From Pirellulales bacterium (GTDB lineage Bacteria; Planctomycetota; Planctomycetia; Pirellulales; JAICIG01), in the NCBI GenBank assembly GCA_036379555.1, contig DASVGM010000709.1:1-42050 (forward strand): a DNA stretch of 42,050 nt. Reading direction: 5' to 3'. The notes under the pieces are model-generated. The model saw only the letters and a list, made by a program, of their open reading frames with translations, searched no databases and was not told where the DNA came from. Both the position numbers and the translations under genes were made by a program. Positions within the stretch are counted from its first letter, which is position 1. Each line of letters starts with the position of its first letter. Below are positions 8,256 to 17,760 of the stretch, in pieces.

Positions 8256-10055
8256 TCAATCCATAGTGCGATGCGCCTCGCTCAGCGAGATGAAACCATC
8301 GCCGTTGAGATCGAGCGCCCGAAATTTCTCGGCCGTACCAGGAAACTCATCCAGGCTGATCTCTTGATCGCGATTCTCGTCCATGAACACAAACCAATCC
8401 GGGCCGGCCGGCAGGGGCGGCGGCGCCGCGGTCCTCCGCCTTGGCTGCGACATGTCGCTTGGCATTCCGCGGCCCAACCAAAGCGTCATGGAGCCAGGCA
8501 ACTCTGCCAGCGAGATGCGTTCGTCGCCGTCGGCATCGAGCGCTAAAAGCACCTCGCGCGCGGCTTGCAGCTCGCGTTTGGTCAAGCGGTCGTCGTGGTT
8601 GGCGTCCAACAACGCAAACAGCACGTCCTGGTCGTCTTGGGCCACAGCTTGGATGGCCGTCGTCTGCGGCTGCTGACGCCGCTGATAAGCCAGCAGTTCA
8701 TGCAGGTAAAGCTTGCCATCGGCGTCGGCGTCGGCTTCATCAAAAATGCGAGCCAGTTCGGGTGACGAATCGCCGAGATCGGTCTTTTCGAGGTAACTGT
8801 TCTTGTCTTTGTCAAGCATTTCAAACTGCGCTTCGGCAGCGGTCTTAACATCCGCCCCTTGGCGATCGTCCATCAGGATTTGCAAGCGATAGTCCGCCAG
8901 TCGCAGCAGCAACCCGTTTGGCAAATGTGATACAAGGTCGCTCTCCGGCCCCAGGATTTCAGCGGCGCGCACCAGCGAAACGCCCGACAGCAAATCGCCA
9001 GATCGTCCAAAATTGGCGGCCAACACAAGATGCGGCTCCACGGCGTCGAGCATGCGGGCCTCGTCGTAACTCAAGTGGCCGTCGTGGTCGGCGTCGAGCC
9101 GGTCGGCCAGCGATTTCAACAGCGGCGAGGCGTCGTCGGGTATCTCGTCGCTGGAAAGATAGATCTCGGCGAGCGCATAGATAATGCCGTCCCAAGAGGC
9201 CCTCGGACCCAAACGCAGGGCGGCCGGCTGATTGAAATACGCGTCTTGCCGGGCCGACATCGCTTGCCGATCGCCCGCCAACGAATCGTCGAGTTCGTCC
9301 CACGAGACAAGATGATCGTTGTTCGCGTCTCGGACACGCAGCCGCACTGGCGCGCCGGCCAACTCGGCGGCGTCGAGCAGGTCGTCGCCGTTGGCGTCGA
9401 GCATGACACGGACGATCGATTGCCGGCGGTTGGCGTGGCGATATTCAGTCGTTCCCGCGAGCGAAAAGGCGTCGCCGGCGCTTTTGGCCCGTGAGACAAT
9501 CCGTCGCGCCTCGTCACGGTCGAGAAGGCCGTTCTGGTTGGTGTCGTAAGTCTTCAAAAACTCCTTGCGCAGGACGTTGCGAGTTTGCACGTCAAAGCGT
9601 GCGGCGAAAGCGCGTTTTGGGTCGCTGTAAATCTCCTCCCACGTCGCGCGGCCGTCGCCGTCGTGGTCGGCCAGCTTGAGCGCGTCGTCGACCAACTGCT
9701 CGCGCGCGTCGGCGAACGGCTGGCCGTCGATCGTCATCCGCAGTTCCACCAGCAGGGGCGCAGCGGGCAAGAATAGGAGGAACCGTTCGCGGCCCAAAGC
9801 GTCGTCCGTTTTGGCCGGCGTTTCGGCCGGCGTGTCGGCAGCGGTCTTGCCGCTCGCCTCGGCCGTTTTCCGCGAAACAGGCGGGGCTACGCTAGCGGCG
9901 GCGTCTTGGGCAAGCTCGGCTGGATGCGGCGGCGCCTCCGGCGTGACCACAGGTTGAATCGTCGCCTTCTGGCCCGGTGGCGCGGCGGACCGGCGCGTAC
10001 AGCCGGCAACCATGAACAGTAATGTTAGACAGACAAGGAGGCGGGCCAGGCTCAT
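8256..10055 (-). CDS. Lipoprotein with 11 EF-hand-type calcium-binding loops
   Basis: Start chosen at the internal ATG, which gives 'MSLARLLVCLTLLFMVAGC' (lipobox VAGC). There are eleven 12-residue DxDxDG-type loops, for example DHDGDGRATWEE, DTNQNGLLDRDE, DADHDGHLSYDE, DADADGKLYLHE and DLNGDGFISLSE. Confidence 0.8.
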   Translation of the reverse strand: MSLARLLVCLTLLFMVAGCTRRSAAPPGQKATIQPVVTPEAPPHPAELAQDAAASVAPPVSRKTAEASGKTAADTPAETPAKTDDALGRERFLLFLPAAPLLVELRMTIDGQPFADAREQLVDDALKLADHDGDGRATWEEIYSDPKRAFAARFDVQTRNVLRKEFLKTYDTNQNGLLDRDEARRIVSRAKSAGDAFSLAGTTEYRHANRRQSIVRVMLDANGDDLLDAAELAGAPVRLRVRDANNDHLVSWDELDDSLAGDRQAMSARQDAYFNQPAALRLGPRASWDGIIYALAEIYLSSDEIPDDASPLLKSLADRLDADHDGHLSYDEARMLDAVEPHLVLAANFGRSGDLLSGVSLVRAAEILGPESDLVSHLPNGLLLRLADYRLQILMDDRQGADVKTAAEAQFEMLDKDKNSYLEKTDLGDSSPELARIFDEADADADGKLYLHELLAYQRRQQPQTTAIQAVAQDDQDVLFALLDANHDDRLTKRELQAAREVLLALDADGDERISLAELPGSMTLWLGRGMPSDMSQPRRRTAAPPPLPAGPDWFVFMDENRDQEISLDEFPGTAEKFRALDLNGDGFISLSEAHRTMD

Positions 10056-10381
10056 CTTGCCGTACCCAAAATAAAAGAATAGACTACGCGCCACTTCTGC
10101 CCACCCTACACCTCCTCCCCTCCTCAAGCAAGCGCCGAATGTTGGTCACCCACGCTGGTGACAGGCCAGGAGGCCCATCCTCCGGCAAGCGTCGACCGCC
10201 TCATTTCAGCCCGCCTGCGCTATACAGTCTAGCCGCGGACAACTTTTTTCCATTTGGAACACTTTCATTTCAATCTAGTGAATTTGGAAGACCTTGGTGG
10301 TTTTTCTGATTTAGACGGACATTGCCGGACGATAGAATTGCCCGTTCGGTAAGATTTAACGATTAAGAAGAGTTTGCGTCC

Positions 10382-12019
10382 GTGTCGACGAGCCATTTTC
10401 CATTGCGCCGCGCGTTCATGACTCAGGTGTGGATCGCCTTTGTCGCGATGGCTTCGGTCGACGCGCTCCCGGCCGCCGGGCAAACAATGCAGCGCGACCG
10501 GCCGACACAGCCAAATGACGCACCGCAAGCCGCTTTTGCTTCATCGGCAACGAAAACCCGCCCAACTTCACAGCAGCCGGTGCCAAGCATGGCCGTGATG
10601 GCGACCCCGCCGGAGGACGCGCCGAGGTTTCTTTCCAGTCCGGCGCGACACTTCGCCGAAATCGCCGACGCGGAACCGTTTACTCCAGTGCGCCGCGACC
10701 GCGCCGTCGCATTCCAAGGCGCCGCGGAGTCGGAACCGGCGGGCGACCAACAGACCATCGACGCGCTTTCAGAGCGAATCGAGATGCTGGAGAAGCAAAA
10801 TCGCAAGAGCGGGCAAACGGAGAAAAAGGATCCGAAAAAGGGGGGCTCAAGCGGCAGCTTTGAACACAATATCTTTGGGCGCATCATGGCCGATACGGTG
10901 ACCTTCGGCCAAAGCCCCGGCAACATCGCGCAGGTGGGCCATGCCCCAAATGGCACGGCCTTCCGCCGTGTTCGTATTGGCGTGCAAGGCGAGGGACATG
11001 ACATCTATTTTTATCGCCTCGAAGTCGATTTCGCTAGCCCCGGGCAGGTGATCAAGCAGGTGCCGCGCGTCACCGACGCCTACGCGGAAATCCGCAAGCT
11101 CCCTTTCGGCACCATTCGCATGGGCGAATTTCGCGTGCCGTTCAGCGCCGAGCGCCTGGCCAGCAGCAACGACACCACCTTTATCGAACGCGGCTTACCG
11201 CAGGCGTTCAACCCCGCTCGTCAGCTTGGCATCATGGCCTACGATTCGACCGAGAACTACTTCTTCTCCTGGTATAGCGACGTCTCCACGCGCGACGCGA
11301 CCAACCAAGGCCAGCAATTTGGCAAGGCCGGACGGGTTGCGTTAACGCAACGCGTCGTGTTCTTGCCCTGGTACGACGAACCATCCGGCGGACGGTACCT
11401 GTTCCATATCGGCGGGGCCTATCAGTTTCAGGACGTGCGCAACCAGGCGGTGAACTATTCGACAACCCCAGAAGTCTTCCTGTACGATGGAACGACGAAC
11501 GAGATTCCCAAATTCATCAGCACGGGCAACATCACGACGCGGGACGTGAACATGGTGCAAGCCGAGGCTTCGACCGTGCTCGGCCCGCTTTCGTTTCAGG
11601 CGGAATACTACGGCGTGTTCGTCGATCCCACGGTCAATCGGTTCAACAAAGATCTCTTCTTCTCCGGCTGGTACGTTTACGGCAGCTTCTTTTTGACGGG
11701 TGAAAACCGTCACTACAATCGCGATCAGGCGTTTTATGACGCGGTCACGCCGTTCACCAATTTTTTCCGAGTGCGCGGCCAGGACGGCAGCATCATTCAA
11801 GGCCCTGGAGCGTGGGAAATCGCCGCGCGCGCATCGCAAATGAACTTAAGCGACCGCAACATTCAAGGCGGGTTGCTCAACGATTTCACGCTCGGGTTGA
11901 ACTGGTATTTGACCAAGCAGATGAGGGTTTCGGCCAACTATATTTATGTGGTGAACAACGTCCACAACAAGCAGACCTACGCCAATGTCGTTGTCACTCG
12001 CGCGCAAGTAGTTTGGTAG
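10382..12019 (+). CDS. Phosphate-selective porin O/P (OprO/OprP) family outer-membrane porin
   Basis: 'FGRIMADTVTF...FRRVRIGVQGEG...YRLEVDFA...VTDAYAEIRKLPFGTIRMGEFRVPFSAERLASSNDTTFIERG' matches the Porin_O_P core. The C-terminal beta-strand ends in an aromatic residue. The start is uncertain: GTG at 10382 or ATG at 10418. Confidence 0.75.
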   Translation: MSTSHFPLRRAFMTQVWIAFVAMASVDALPAAGQTMQRDRPTQPNDAPQAAFASSATKTRPTSQQPVPSMAVMATPPEDAPRFLSSPARHFAEIADAEPFTPVRRDRAVAFQGAAESEPAGDQQTIDALSERIEMLEKQNRKSGQTEKKDPKKGGSSGSFEHNIFGRIMADTVTFGQSPGNIAQVGHAPNGTAFRRVRIGVQGEGHDIYFYRLEVDFASPGQVIKQVPRVTDAYAEIRKLPFGTIRMGEFRVPFSAERLASSNDTTFIERGLPQAFNPARQLGIMAYDSTENYFFSWYSDVSTRDATNQGQQFGKAGRVALTQRVVFLPWYDEPSGGRYLFHIGGAYQFQDVRNQAVNYSTTPEVFLYDGTTNEIPKFISTGNITTRDVNMVQAEASTVLGPLSFQAEYYGVFVDPTVNRFNKDLFFSGWYVYGSFFLTGENRHYNRDQAFYDAVTPFTNFFRVRGQDGSIIQGPGAWEIAARASQMNLSDRNIQGGLLNDFTLGLNWYLTKQMRVSANYIYVVNNVHNKQTYANVVVTRAQVVW

Positions 12020-12040
12020 CCGCCGCTCGTCAGCGCCGGT

Positions 12041-13042
12041 TTACCGCGGAGCGTTGTAAGCTTCGCCGCCGCCGCGCGTGCCCAGCGACCGCCAAACGAA
12101 CAGGTCGATGCCATCGGCGAGAAACCGGACGGAACCATCCAGCAACAGGCCGCTCACGCCGCCGGGATGATAGCTGCGCGAGACAATGGCAGCATAAGTC
12201 GGCGGCGTGCCATGCTCCTCGCGCATCGAAACGAAATCGACGTCGTAGGCCATGCCCGCGTTCAGGTAGCTGATCTTGGTGTTCGGCGGCAAAGCCGTGG
12301 TGAAGCCGGTTTGCTGCACGTGGGCGTCAACCCATTCGGTATGCCCCGATTCGGGTTTGAAATTGCCCCCATACGCCAAAACGGCCTCGGCCGACAACGG
12401 CGGCGCCACGCCGAGCGTTGCCGGGTTGCCGCCATCGCAAAGGTAAGGATTCCAGGCTTTCACCTCGGAGAACGCCAACGTGTTGCTCAGCCCGTCGGTC
12501 ATGTCGGCCGGCCGCCGCCATTGATTGTGCGTAAAGGCTCCATCGCCGCCGGCGAATGTCGCGGGATTGAAGATAAACCAGGTGCCATAGTTCGCCGCGT
12601 AATCAAGCGGATAAAGCAGAATGCCGTCATCCGGGTGAGGCTGATCGTGAATTTCATCCGGGCAAAGATACGTGGCCACCCGCTGCTGCGTTACGTTGGG
12701 CTGCGTTTTATAAGGCTGGCCGAAGTTGATCATTTTTTGCAGGTTTTCTTGCTCCAAGTAGGGCAGCAGGCTCGCCTGGACGGACCAGCTTGCGGTTATG
12801 CCCGTGCGGTAGTAAACGCCGGGAAACGCCCTCGTGGCGACTTCATAATTCTGCAAGGCTAGCCCGATTTGTTTGAGATTGTTGGCGCATTGGCCGCGGC
12901 GGGCGGATTCTCGGGCGGCCTGTATCGCCGGCAAGAGCAAGGCGACTAAAAGCCCGATGATGGCGATCACCACGAGCAGTTCCACAAGGGTAAAGGCGGC
13001 GCGGCGTTGGGTAAGCCGGGATGGCATGTGGGTCATTTTCAC
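12041..13042 (-). CDS. DUF1559 protein with a prepilin-type N-terminal cleavage/methylation motif
   Basis: '[54 protein letters not shown]' is the canonical Planctomycete DUF1559 N-terminus. Confidence 0.85.
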   Translation of the reverse strand: MKMTHMPSRLTQRRAAFTLVELLVVIAIIGLLVALLLPAIQAARESARRGQCANNLKQIGLALQNYEVATRAFPGVYYRTGITASWSVQASLLPYLEQENLQKMINFGQPYKTQPNVTQQRVATYLCPDEIHDQPHPDDGILLYPLDYAANYGTWFIFNPATFAGGDGAFTHNQWRRPADMTDGLSNTLAFSEVKAWNPYLCDGGNPATLGVAPPLSAEAVLAYGGNFKPESGHTEWVDAHVQQTGFTTALPPNTKISYLNAGMAYDVDFVSMREEHGTPPTYAAIVSRSYHPGGVSGLLLDGSVRFLADGIDLFVWRSLGTRGGGEAYNAPR

Positions 13043-13095
13043 TACCTGACGGACACGTTTTGTTGATACTGCGACTCAGTCGCATCAAAATGGTG

Positions 13096-13124
13096 ATTGT
13101 AAGCACAACCGGCGAGCGTGTCAA
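13096..13124 (-). promoter_or_regulatory. Near-consensus sigma70-type promoter upstream of the DUF1559 gene
   Basis: The minus strand reads TTGACA (13124-13119), a 17-nt spacer, then TACAAT (13101-13096). It lies about 55 nt upstream of the ATG at 13042. A 6-bp hairpin (TGCGAC/GTCGCA) sits in the leader. Confidence 0.5.
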
Positions 13125-13138
13125 ATGGCCCGGATGAT

Positions 13139-15019
13139 TTATTTCGCGGGCCTCTCGATCAATACACGCAGGCCATTTAACACGACCAAAACGGTGCTCC
13201 CCTCGTGGCACAAGACGCCCAGCCACAGCGGCAGATTCATAAAGCTGAGCAACACCAACACGCCGATCACACCCAAGGCGAACAGCATGTTCTGACGGAT
13301 GCGCCGCTTGGCCTGCCGGCTAATCCAGATTGCCATAGGCAAGGCCGTCAGGTCATCGCGCATCAGAACGACGTCGGCCACTTCCAGGGCGACGTCGGTT
13401 CCGGCGCCGCCCATCGCAATGCCCACGCCGGCGACCGCCAGCGCGGGCGCGTCGTTCACGCCGTCGCCGACCATGGCCACGGTGCGGCCCGCTTTCGCCA
13501 GGCGGCGCAGCTCGGCGACTTTCTGTTCCGGCAGCAGCCCGGCGAAGGCCGCATCCGCGCCGATCGCTTGCGCGACCCTCTGGGCCACCTGTTCATTATC
13601 GCCCGTCAAGATGACGTTGGCTTGTATGCCCATTCGCTTGAGGGCGGCCAACGCCGCGGCCGCGTCGGGCCGGATCTGATCGCTCAGCCCGATCACGCCA
13701 AAAATGCCCGCCTCGGGCGCCGCCACGATGAGCGCCGTCTGCCCCTGTTCGCGCAGATGACGCGCTGCATCGAGCGCCGTTTGAGGTATGGCAATGCCGT
13801 GGCCGGCGAACATGCGCTCATGGCCGACTCCGATCCACGAACCCTCGACATGGGCATGGACGCCGAGACCGACGTGATAGTCAAACTCCGTCGATTCCGG
13901 CAGTTCGATGCGGCGCCGTTGGGCTTCCGCGACGATCGCATCCGCCACGTGATGCTCGCTGCGGCGTTCCACGGCGGCGGCCAAACGCAGCATGGCGTCG
14001 GGCGAGGCGTCCTCCTCGACCCAAAGGGCATCCACCCCGGGCGCCCCGAGCGTGATCGTGCCGGTCTTGTCGAAGGCCACGGTGTCGACATTGCCGAGCA
14101 GTTCGAGGTATCGGCCGCCTTTGAAAAGCACACCCAATTGGGCGGCGCGCGCGATCGCTGACAAAACAACCGCCGGCGAACCGATCACCACGGCGCACGG
14201 CGATGCCACGACCAACAGCACCATCGCATGATAGAAGGCGTGGCGAACGTCGCTCGTGTGGATGAACAACGCTCCGGCAAAGACGATGGCCGCCGCCAGC
14301 AGCACGCCCGACACGTAAGCCTGCTGCCAGCTTTCCACGAACTGTTGCGTGGGATTCTTCTGGGACTGCGCCTCATGAACCATTTTCACGATGCGCTCAA
14401 GCATGCTATCGGCGGCCAGCTTCGTCGCGCGCACGACCACGCTGCCGTGGCCGTTGATCGTACCGGCGAAGACCGTCGCGCCAGACGCCTTGACGACAGG
14501 CTCGCTCTCGCCGGTGATCGTGGCCTCGTTCACCCAGGTCTCGCCATCCACCACTTCGCCATCGAGGGGAATATGCTCGCCGGGCCGGACACGCACCAGA
14601 TCGCCGGGCGCGAGCGTCTGTATGCCGACGGTGAGTTCTTGTCCGTCGCGCAACAAAAGAGCTTCACTAGGTCTGAGCTGGACGAGTGACTGAACCGTGT
14701 GTTTGGTGCGATAGGTGGCAAAGTCTTCCAACGCGTTGCTGAGCGAAAAGAGAAAGAGCAGCACACCGCCTTCGGCCCAGTCGCCCAGGACGGCGGCGCC
14801 GGCGGCCGCCAAAACCATCAACAGATCGACCGTCAACTGCCGCCGCGCCGCCGCTTTGATCGCTTCCAGCAGGGCGGCCGCGCCACCGGCGATGTAGGCG
14901 AGAAGGTATAGATAAAACGAGATTTCCGGCCGATCGACGATCCAGCCGGCAATCAGTGCGACCAGGCACAGTCCCGCCTGCGCGGCCGAAGCATAGGGAG
15001 GAGGAGTCGATCGGTTCAT
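13139..15019 (-). CDS. Heavy-metal-translocating P1B-type ATPase (P1B-4-like signature, no N-terminal metal-binding domain)
   Basis: 'DKTGTIT', 'TGDN' and 'GDGVNDAPAL' are present. The TM motif is 'ASPCAV' (SPC rather than CPC). The last TM carries 'HEGSTVLVVLNGLRVL'. At 626 aa, the protein enters TM helices almost immediately. Confidence 0.9.
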   Translation of the reverse strand: MNRSTPPPYASAAQAGLCLVALIAGWIVDRPEISFYLYLLAYIAGGAAALLEAIKAAARRQLTVDLLMVLAAAGAAVLGDWAEGGVLLFLFSLSNALEDFATYRTKHTVQSLVQLRPSEALLLRDGQELTVGIQTLAPGDLVRVRPGEHIPLDGEVVDGETWVNEATITGESEPVVKASGATVFAGTINGHGSVVVRATKLAADSMLERIVKMVHEAQSQKNPTQQFVESWQQAYVSGVLLAAAIVFAGALFIHTSDVRHAFYHAMVLLVVASPCAVVIGSPAVVLSAIARAAQLGVLFKGGRYLELLGNVDTVAFDKTGTITLGAPGVDALWVEEDASPDAMLRLAAAVERRSEHHVADAIVAEAQRRRIELPESTEFDYHVGLGVHAHVEGSWIGVGHERMFAGHGIAIPQTALDAARHLREQGQTALIVAAPEAGIFGVIGLSDQIRPDAAAALAALKRMGIQANVILTGDNEQVAQRVAQAIGADAAFAGLLPEQKVAELRRLAKAGRTVAMVGDGVNDAPALAVAGVGIAMGGAGTDVALEVADVVLMRDDLTALPMAIWISRQAKRRIRQNMLFALGVIGVLVLLSFMNLPLWLGVLCHEGSTVLVVLNGLRVLIERPAK

Positions 15020-15270
15020 GCGACTTAATTCCGTGGCGGCCGCTTTACGCGGGCCGTCTGCGATGTGTTGATGGCTTGCCTGGCGACTGTTTTAGCGCCA
15101 CGCTCCCAATCGTGCAAGCCTCGATGAATCAATTCACGGCGTAGCCCGTATTGCCCACCGGCCGGCACCGTTCAAATCGCAACATGAAGGGTTGATAGTT
15201 GTTACTTCGTTTCGTCGCGGCGGCGTTGGACCGTTGATGCCACCCGCTTGCCGGGTGGAGAATCACGTTC

Positions 15271-15389
15271 GCCGTCTACACGAGGCATTTGCCACCAATC
15301 CCTTCTCCGATTTTCCGCCGCTTGGCCGCCTTCGGCGGCCAAGCGGCGGAAAATCGAGGGTTTGGGGGAAGTCCGTCGATGTAGACGGC
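15271..15389. repeat. Nested palindromic element with a 21-bp perfect stem and a C(UUCG)G loop
   Basis: The core GATTTTCCGCCGCTTGGCCGC (15309-15329) pairs perfectly with 15335-15355, and the loop contains TTCG. Outer arms are GCCGTCTACA (15271-15280) and TGTAGACGGC (15380-15389). Further short hairpins flank it at 15241-15257 and 15403-15421. Confidence 0.85.
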
Positions 15390-15498
15390 CAACGTGAAAA
15401 CTCCCTCGGGCAAGCCGAGGGCCTCTTCAACAAGCACTTTGGCAAGCCAGAGTGCCGCCATTGCGCAGGCCGGCATCGCCGGGGCGCCGCATCGGTTT

Positions 15499-15528
15499 GC
15501 GGCCAGAATTTTTACGAATTCAGCTACC
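15499..15528. repeat. Solo copy of the GGCCAGAATTnnTACGAATTC hairpin module
   Basis: GCGGCCAGAATTTTTACGAATTCAGCTACC compares with GCGGCCAGAATTCTCACGAATTCCGCTACG at 22721-22750, and with the reverse complement of 23981-24010. Confidence 0.7.
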
Positions 15529-15772
15529 GGCCAGGTGCGCAATGCACCCTAAGAGCAAAGGCGGCGATGTTTTTCGCTGCGCGCCAGCCGGCGACGCGCG
15601 GAACAAACCGCCAGTTGCCGATGACGTGCCAGGTTCGATAGAATGTTGTTTCGCGGGGTTGCGATCCATCAAACCACCGCGAACGTCTCAGAGGTTGGCA
15701 CGGCGAACCGGTCGACCCGACACATTTTTTGACTTTTTGAACAAACGGAATAAAGACGCGCCGCGGCAATAC

Positions 15773-17149
15773 ATGAAAACAAACAAGAAAGGCGCGCCCG
15801 GCGTGAAAGGCAGCTATTCGTTCGTTAGCCTGGGCTGCCCCAAAAACCTGGTCGACAGCGAACGCATGCTGGGGCTGCTGCAACTCGACGGTTATCAATT
15901 GGTGCCCGACCCGGAAGGCGCCGATTTTGTCGTCGTGAACACCTGCGGTTTCATCGAGCGTGCGCGTGATGAATCGTACGCGGCCATTCACGAGATGCTC
16001 GATTTGAAACGCCGCGGGGGCATCAAGGGAGTGATCGTTTCCGGCTGCCTCGCCGAGCGAGAAAAAGAGGCGTTGCTGGACCGTTGCCCCGAAATTGACC
16101 ACCTGGTCGGAGTGTTTGGCCGCGAACATGTGACCAAAGTGGCCGATCGTTTGCTGGGCGGATTGGTCGAGCAACGCACGGTGTTTCAGCCGGCGCCGTC
16201 GCGGCCGCTTCCCGATACCGCCCGGCTGCGCATCACGCCGCGGCATTTCGCCTTTCTCAAGATTTCGGAAGGCTGCGACCGGCTTTGCACGTTTTGCGCC
16301 ATTCCCAAGATGCGCGGCAAGCACGCCACCAAACCGATCGAAGAAGTGGTGGCCGAAGCGCGCGAGTTGGCGGCCGACGGCGTGCGCGAGTTGAACATCG
16401 TCGCTCAAGACACCACCTATTACGGCATGGACCTTTACGGCCGGCCGCGTTTGGCCGAGCTGCTGCGCGAGCTCAACGGCATCGAGGGCATCGAATGGAT
16501 TCGGGTGATGTATTTGTACCCCATGTACTTCAGCGACGAGTTGATCGACGTGCTCGCCGCCAGCGATAAGATTGTACCCTACCTCGATCTGCCGTTGCAG
16601 CACGTCAACGACGTTATGTTGCGGCGAATGCAGCGGCGCGTCAATCGAGCCCAAACCGAGCAACTGTTGGCCAAGCTGCGTCAGGCGATTGGCGATCTGG
16701 TGCTGCGCACCACGTTCATCGTCGGTTTTCCGGGCGAGACGGAAGAGCAGTTTGAGGAGTTGGTGGAATTTGTGCGTCAGCAACGCTTTGAGCGGCTGGG
16801 AGTGTTCACGTATTCTTACGAGGGCGACACGCCCTCGGCCCGCCTGCCGGACCATTTGGATGAGGAGACGAAGGCCGCTCGGCGCGAGCGGCTGATGGCG
16901 GTGCAACAGGAGATCGCCTTTGAATGGAACCAGCGGCAGTTGGGCAGCCAACTCGACGTGCTAATCGACCGGCCGGTGCCTGATGAGCGGCAAGCCTGGA
17001 TTGGCCGCTCTTACGCCGATGCCCCGGATGTGGACGGCGTGGTGTACGTGACCGGCAAAAAACTGCGGCCGGGGCAAATTGTGCCGTGTGAAATGGTTGC
17101 CTCGCGCGAGTATGATTTAATTGGGGCCGCCGTGGGCAAACCGCGTTAA
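15773..17149 (+). CDS. rimO: Ribosomal protein S12 methylthiotransferase RimO
   Basis: The internal ATG gives 'MKTNKK...[17 protein letters not shown]'. The radical-SAM motif is 'CDRLCTFC'. The C-terminal TRAM-like region is '[20 protein letters not shown]'. The upstream part of ORF 15452.. is repeat-derived. Confidence 0.9.
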   Translation: MKTNKKGAPGVKGSYSFVSLGCPKNLVDSERMLGLLQLDGYQLVPDPEGADFVVVNTCGFIERARDESYAAIHEMLDLKRRGGIKGVIVSGCLAEREKEALLDRCPEIDHLVGVFGREHVTKVADRLLGGLVEQRTVFQPAPSRPLPDTARLRITPRHFAFLKISEGCDRLCTFCAIPKMRGKHATKPIEEVVAEARELAADGVRELNIVAQDTTYYGMDLYGRPRLAELLRELNGIEGIEWIRVMYLYPMYFSDELIDVLAASDKIVPYLDLPLQHVNDVMLRRMQRRVNRAQTEQLLAKLRQAIGDLVLRTTFIVGFPGETEEQFEELVEFVRQQRFERLGVFTYSYEGDTPSARLPDHLDEETKAARRERLMAVQQEIAFEWNQRQLGSQLDVLIDRPVPDERQAWIGRSYADAPDVDGVVYVTGKKLRPGQIVPCEMVASREYDLIGAAVGKPR

Positions 17150-17162
17150 ACGTCAAAGGACC

Positions 17163-17750
17163 ATGATGTCCGTCAGCAGCAAGTCGCAGCCGCGCTCCGC
17201 GGTGTTCAATCTGCCGAATCAGCTCACCCTTTCGCGCCTTGTGCTGGCGCTGGTGCTGTTCGGGCTGATCACCTTTCAGTTTTGGATGGCCAGTCTCGTC
17301 GTGTTTGTGGTGGCCTCGTCCACCGACTGGCTGGACGGCTATTTCGCCCGTAAATACGGATTGGTGACGGTGCTTGGCCGCATTCTAGATCCGTTTGTCG
17401 ATAAGATCATTATTTGCGGCGCCTTTATTTGCCTGGTGGGCGAATACCCTCGTTCCGGCATTGCCGGTTGGATGGCGGTGGTGGTGGTGGGGCGCGAGCT
17501 TTTAATTACGGCCTTGCGTAGTTTTTTAGAGCAGCAGGGGGCGGATTTCTCGGCCGCTATGTCGGGCAAGCTGAAAATGGTCGTGCAGTGCATCGCGGCG
17601 GGCGTGAGTCTGTTTGCCTTGTCGTATGCGGCCGAGAGCCAGCCCGATTGGCTCAAGTGGCTGCTGATCGGGTCGGTTTGGAGCGCACTGGCGCTGACCG
17701 TGTACTCTGGAGCGGAATACGTGTGGCGCGCGGTGCAATTGATAAGGTAG
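17163..17750 (+). CDS. pgsA: CDP-diacylglycerol--glycerol-3-phosphate 3-phosphatidyltransferase
   Basis: CDP-alcohol phosphatidyltransferase motif 'DWLDGYFARKYGLVTVLGRILDPFVDK', preceded by 'NLPNQLTLSRL'. The protein has multiple TM segments. Confidence 0.85.
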   Translation: MMSVSSKSQPRSAVFNLPNQLTLSRLVLALVLFGLITFQFWMASLVVFVVASSTDWLDGYFARKYGLVTVLGRILDPFVDKIIICGAFICLVGEYPRSGIAGWMAVVVVGRELLITALRSFLEQQGADFSAAMSGKLKMVVQCIAAGVSLFALSYAAESQPDWLKWLLIGSVWSALALTVYSGAEYVWRAVQLIR

Positions 17751-17760
17751 GTGACAAGCC

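Noticed and set aside
15020-15200. Metal (NiCo/czcD-type) riboswitch in the leader of the P1B-ATPase.
   Set aside because: The leader can form a few short helices (GCTTGC/GCAAGC, TGGCG/CGCCA). I could not match the conserved junction nucleotides from memory. A covariance-model scan is needed, so I make no call.
15192-15641. A 149-aa ORF in the ATPase/rimO intergenic region.
   Set aside because: It is assembled from palindromic repeat units (for example 'FPPLGRLRRPSGGKS' is the 21-bp hairpin read through). The opposite strand gives a mirror ORF, which is typical of repeat-derived pseudo-ORFs.
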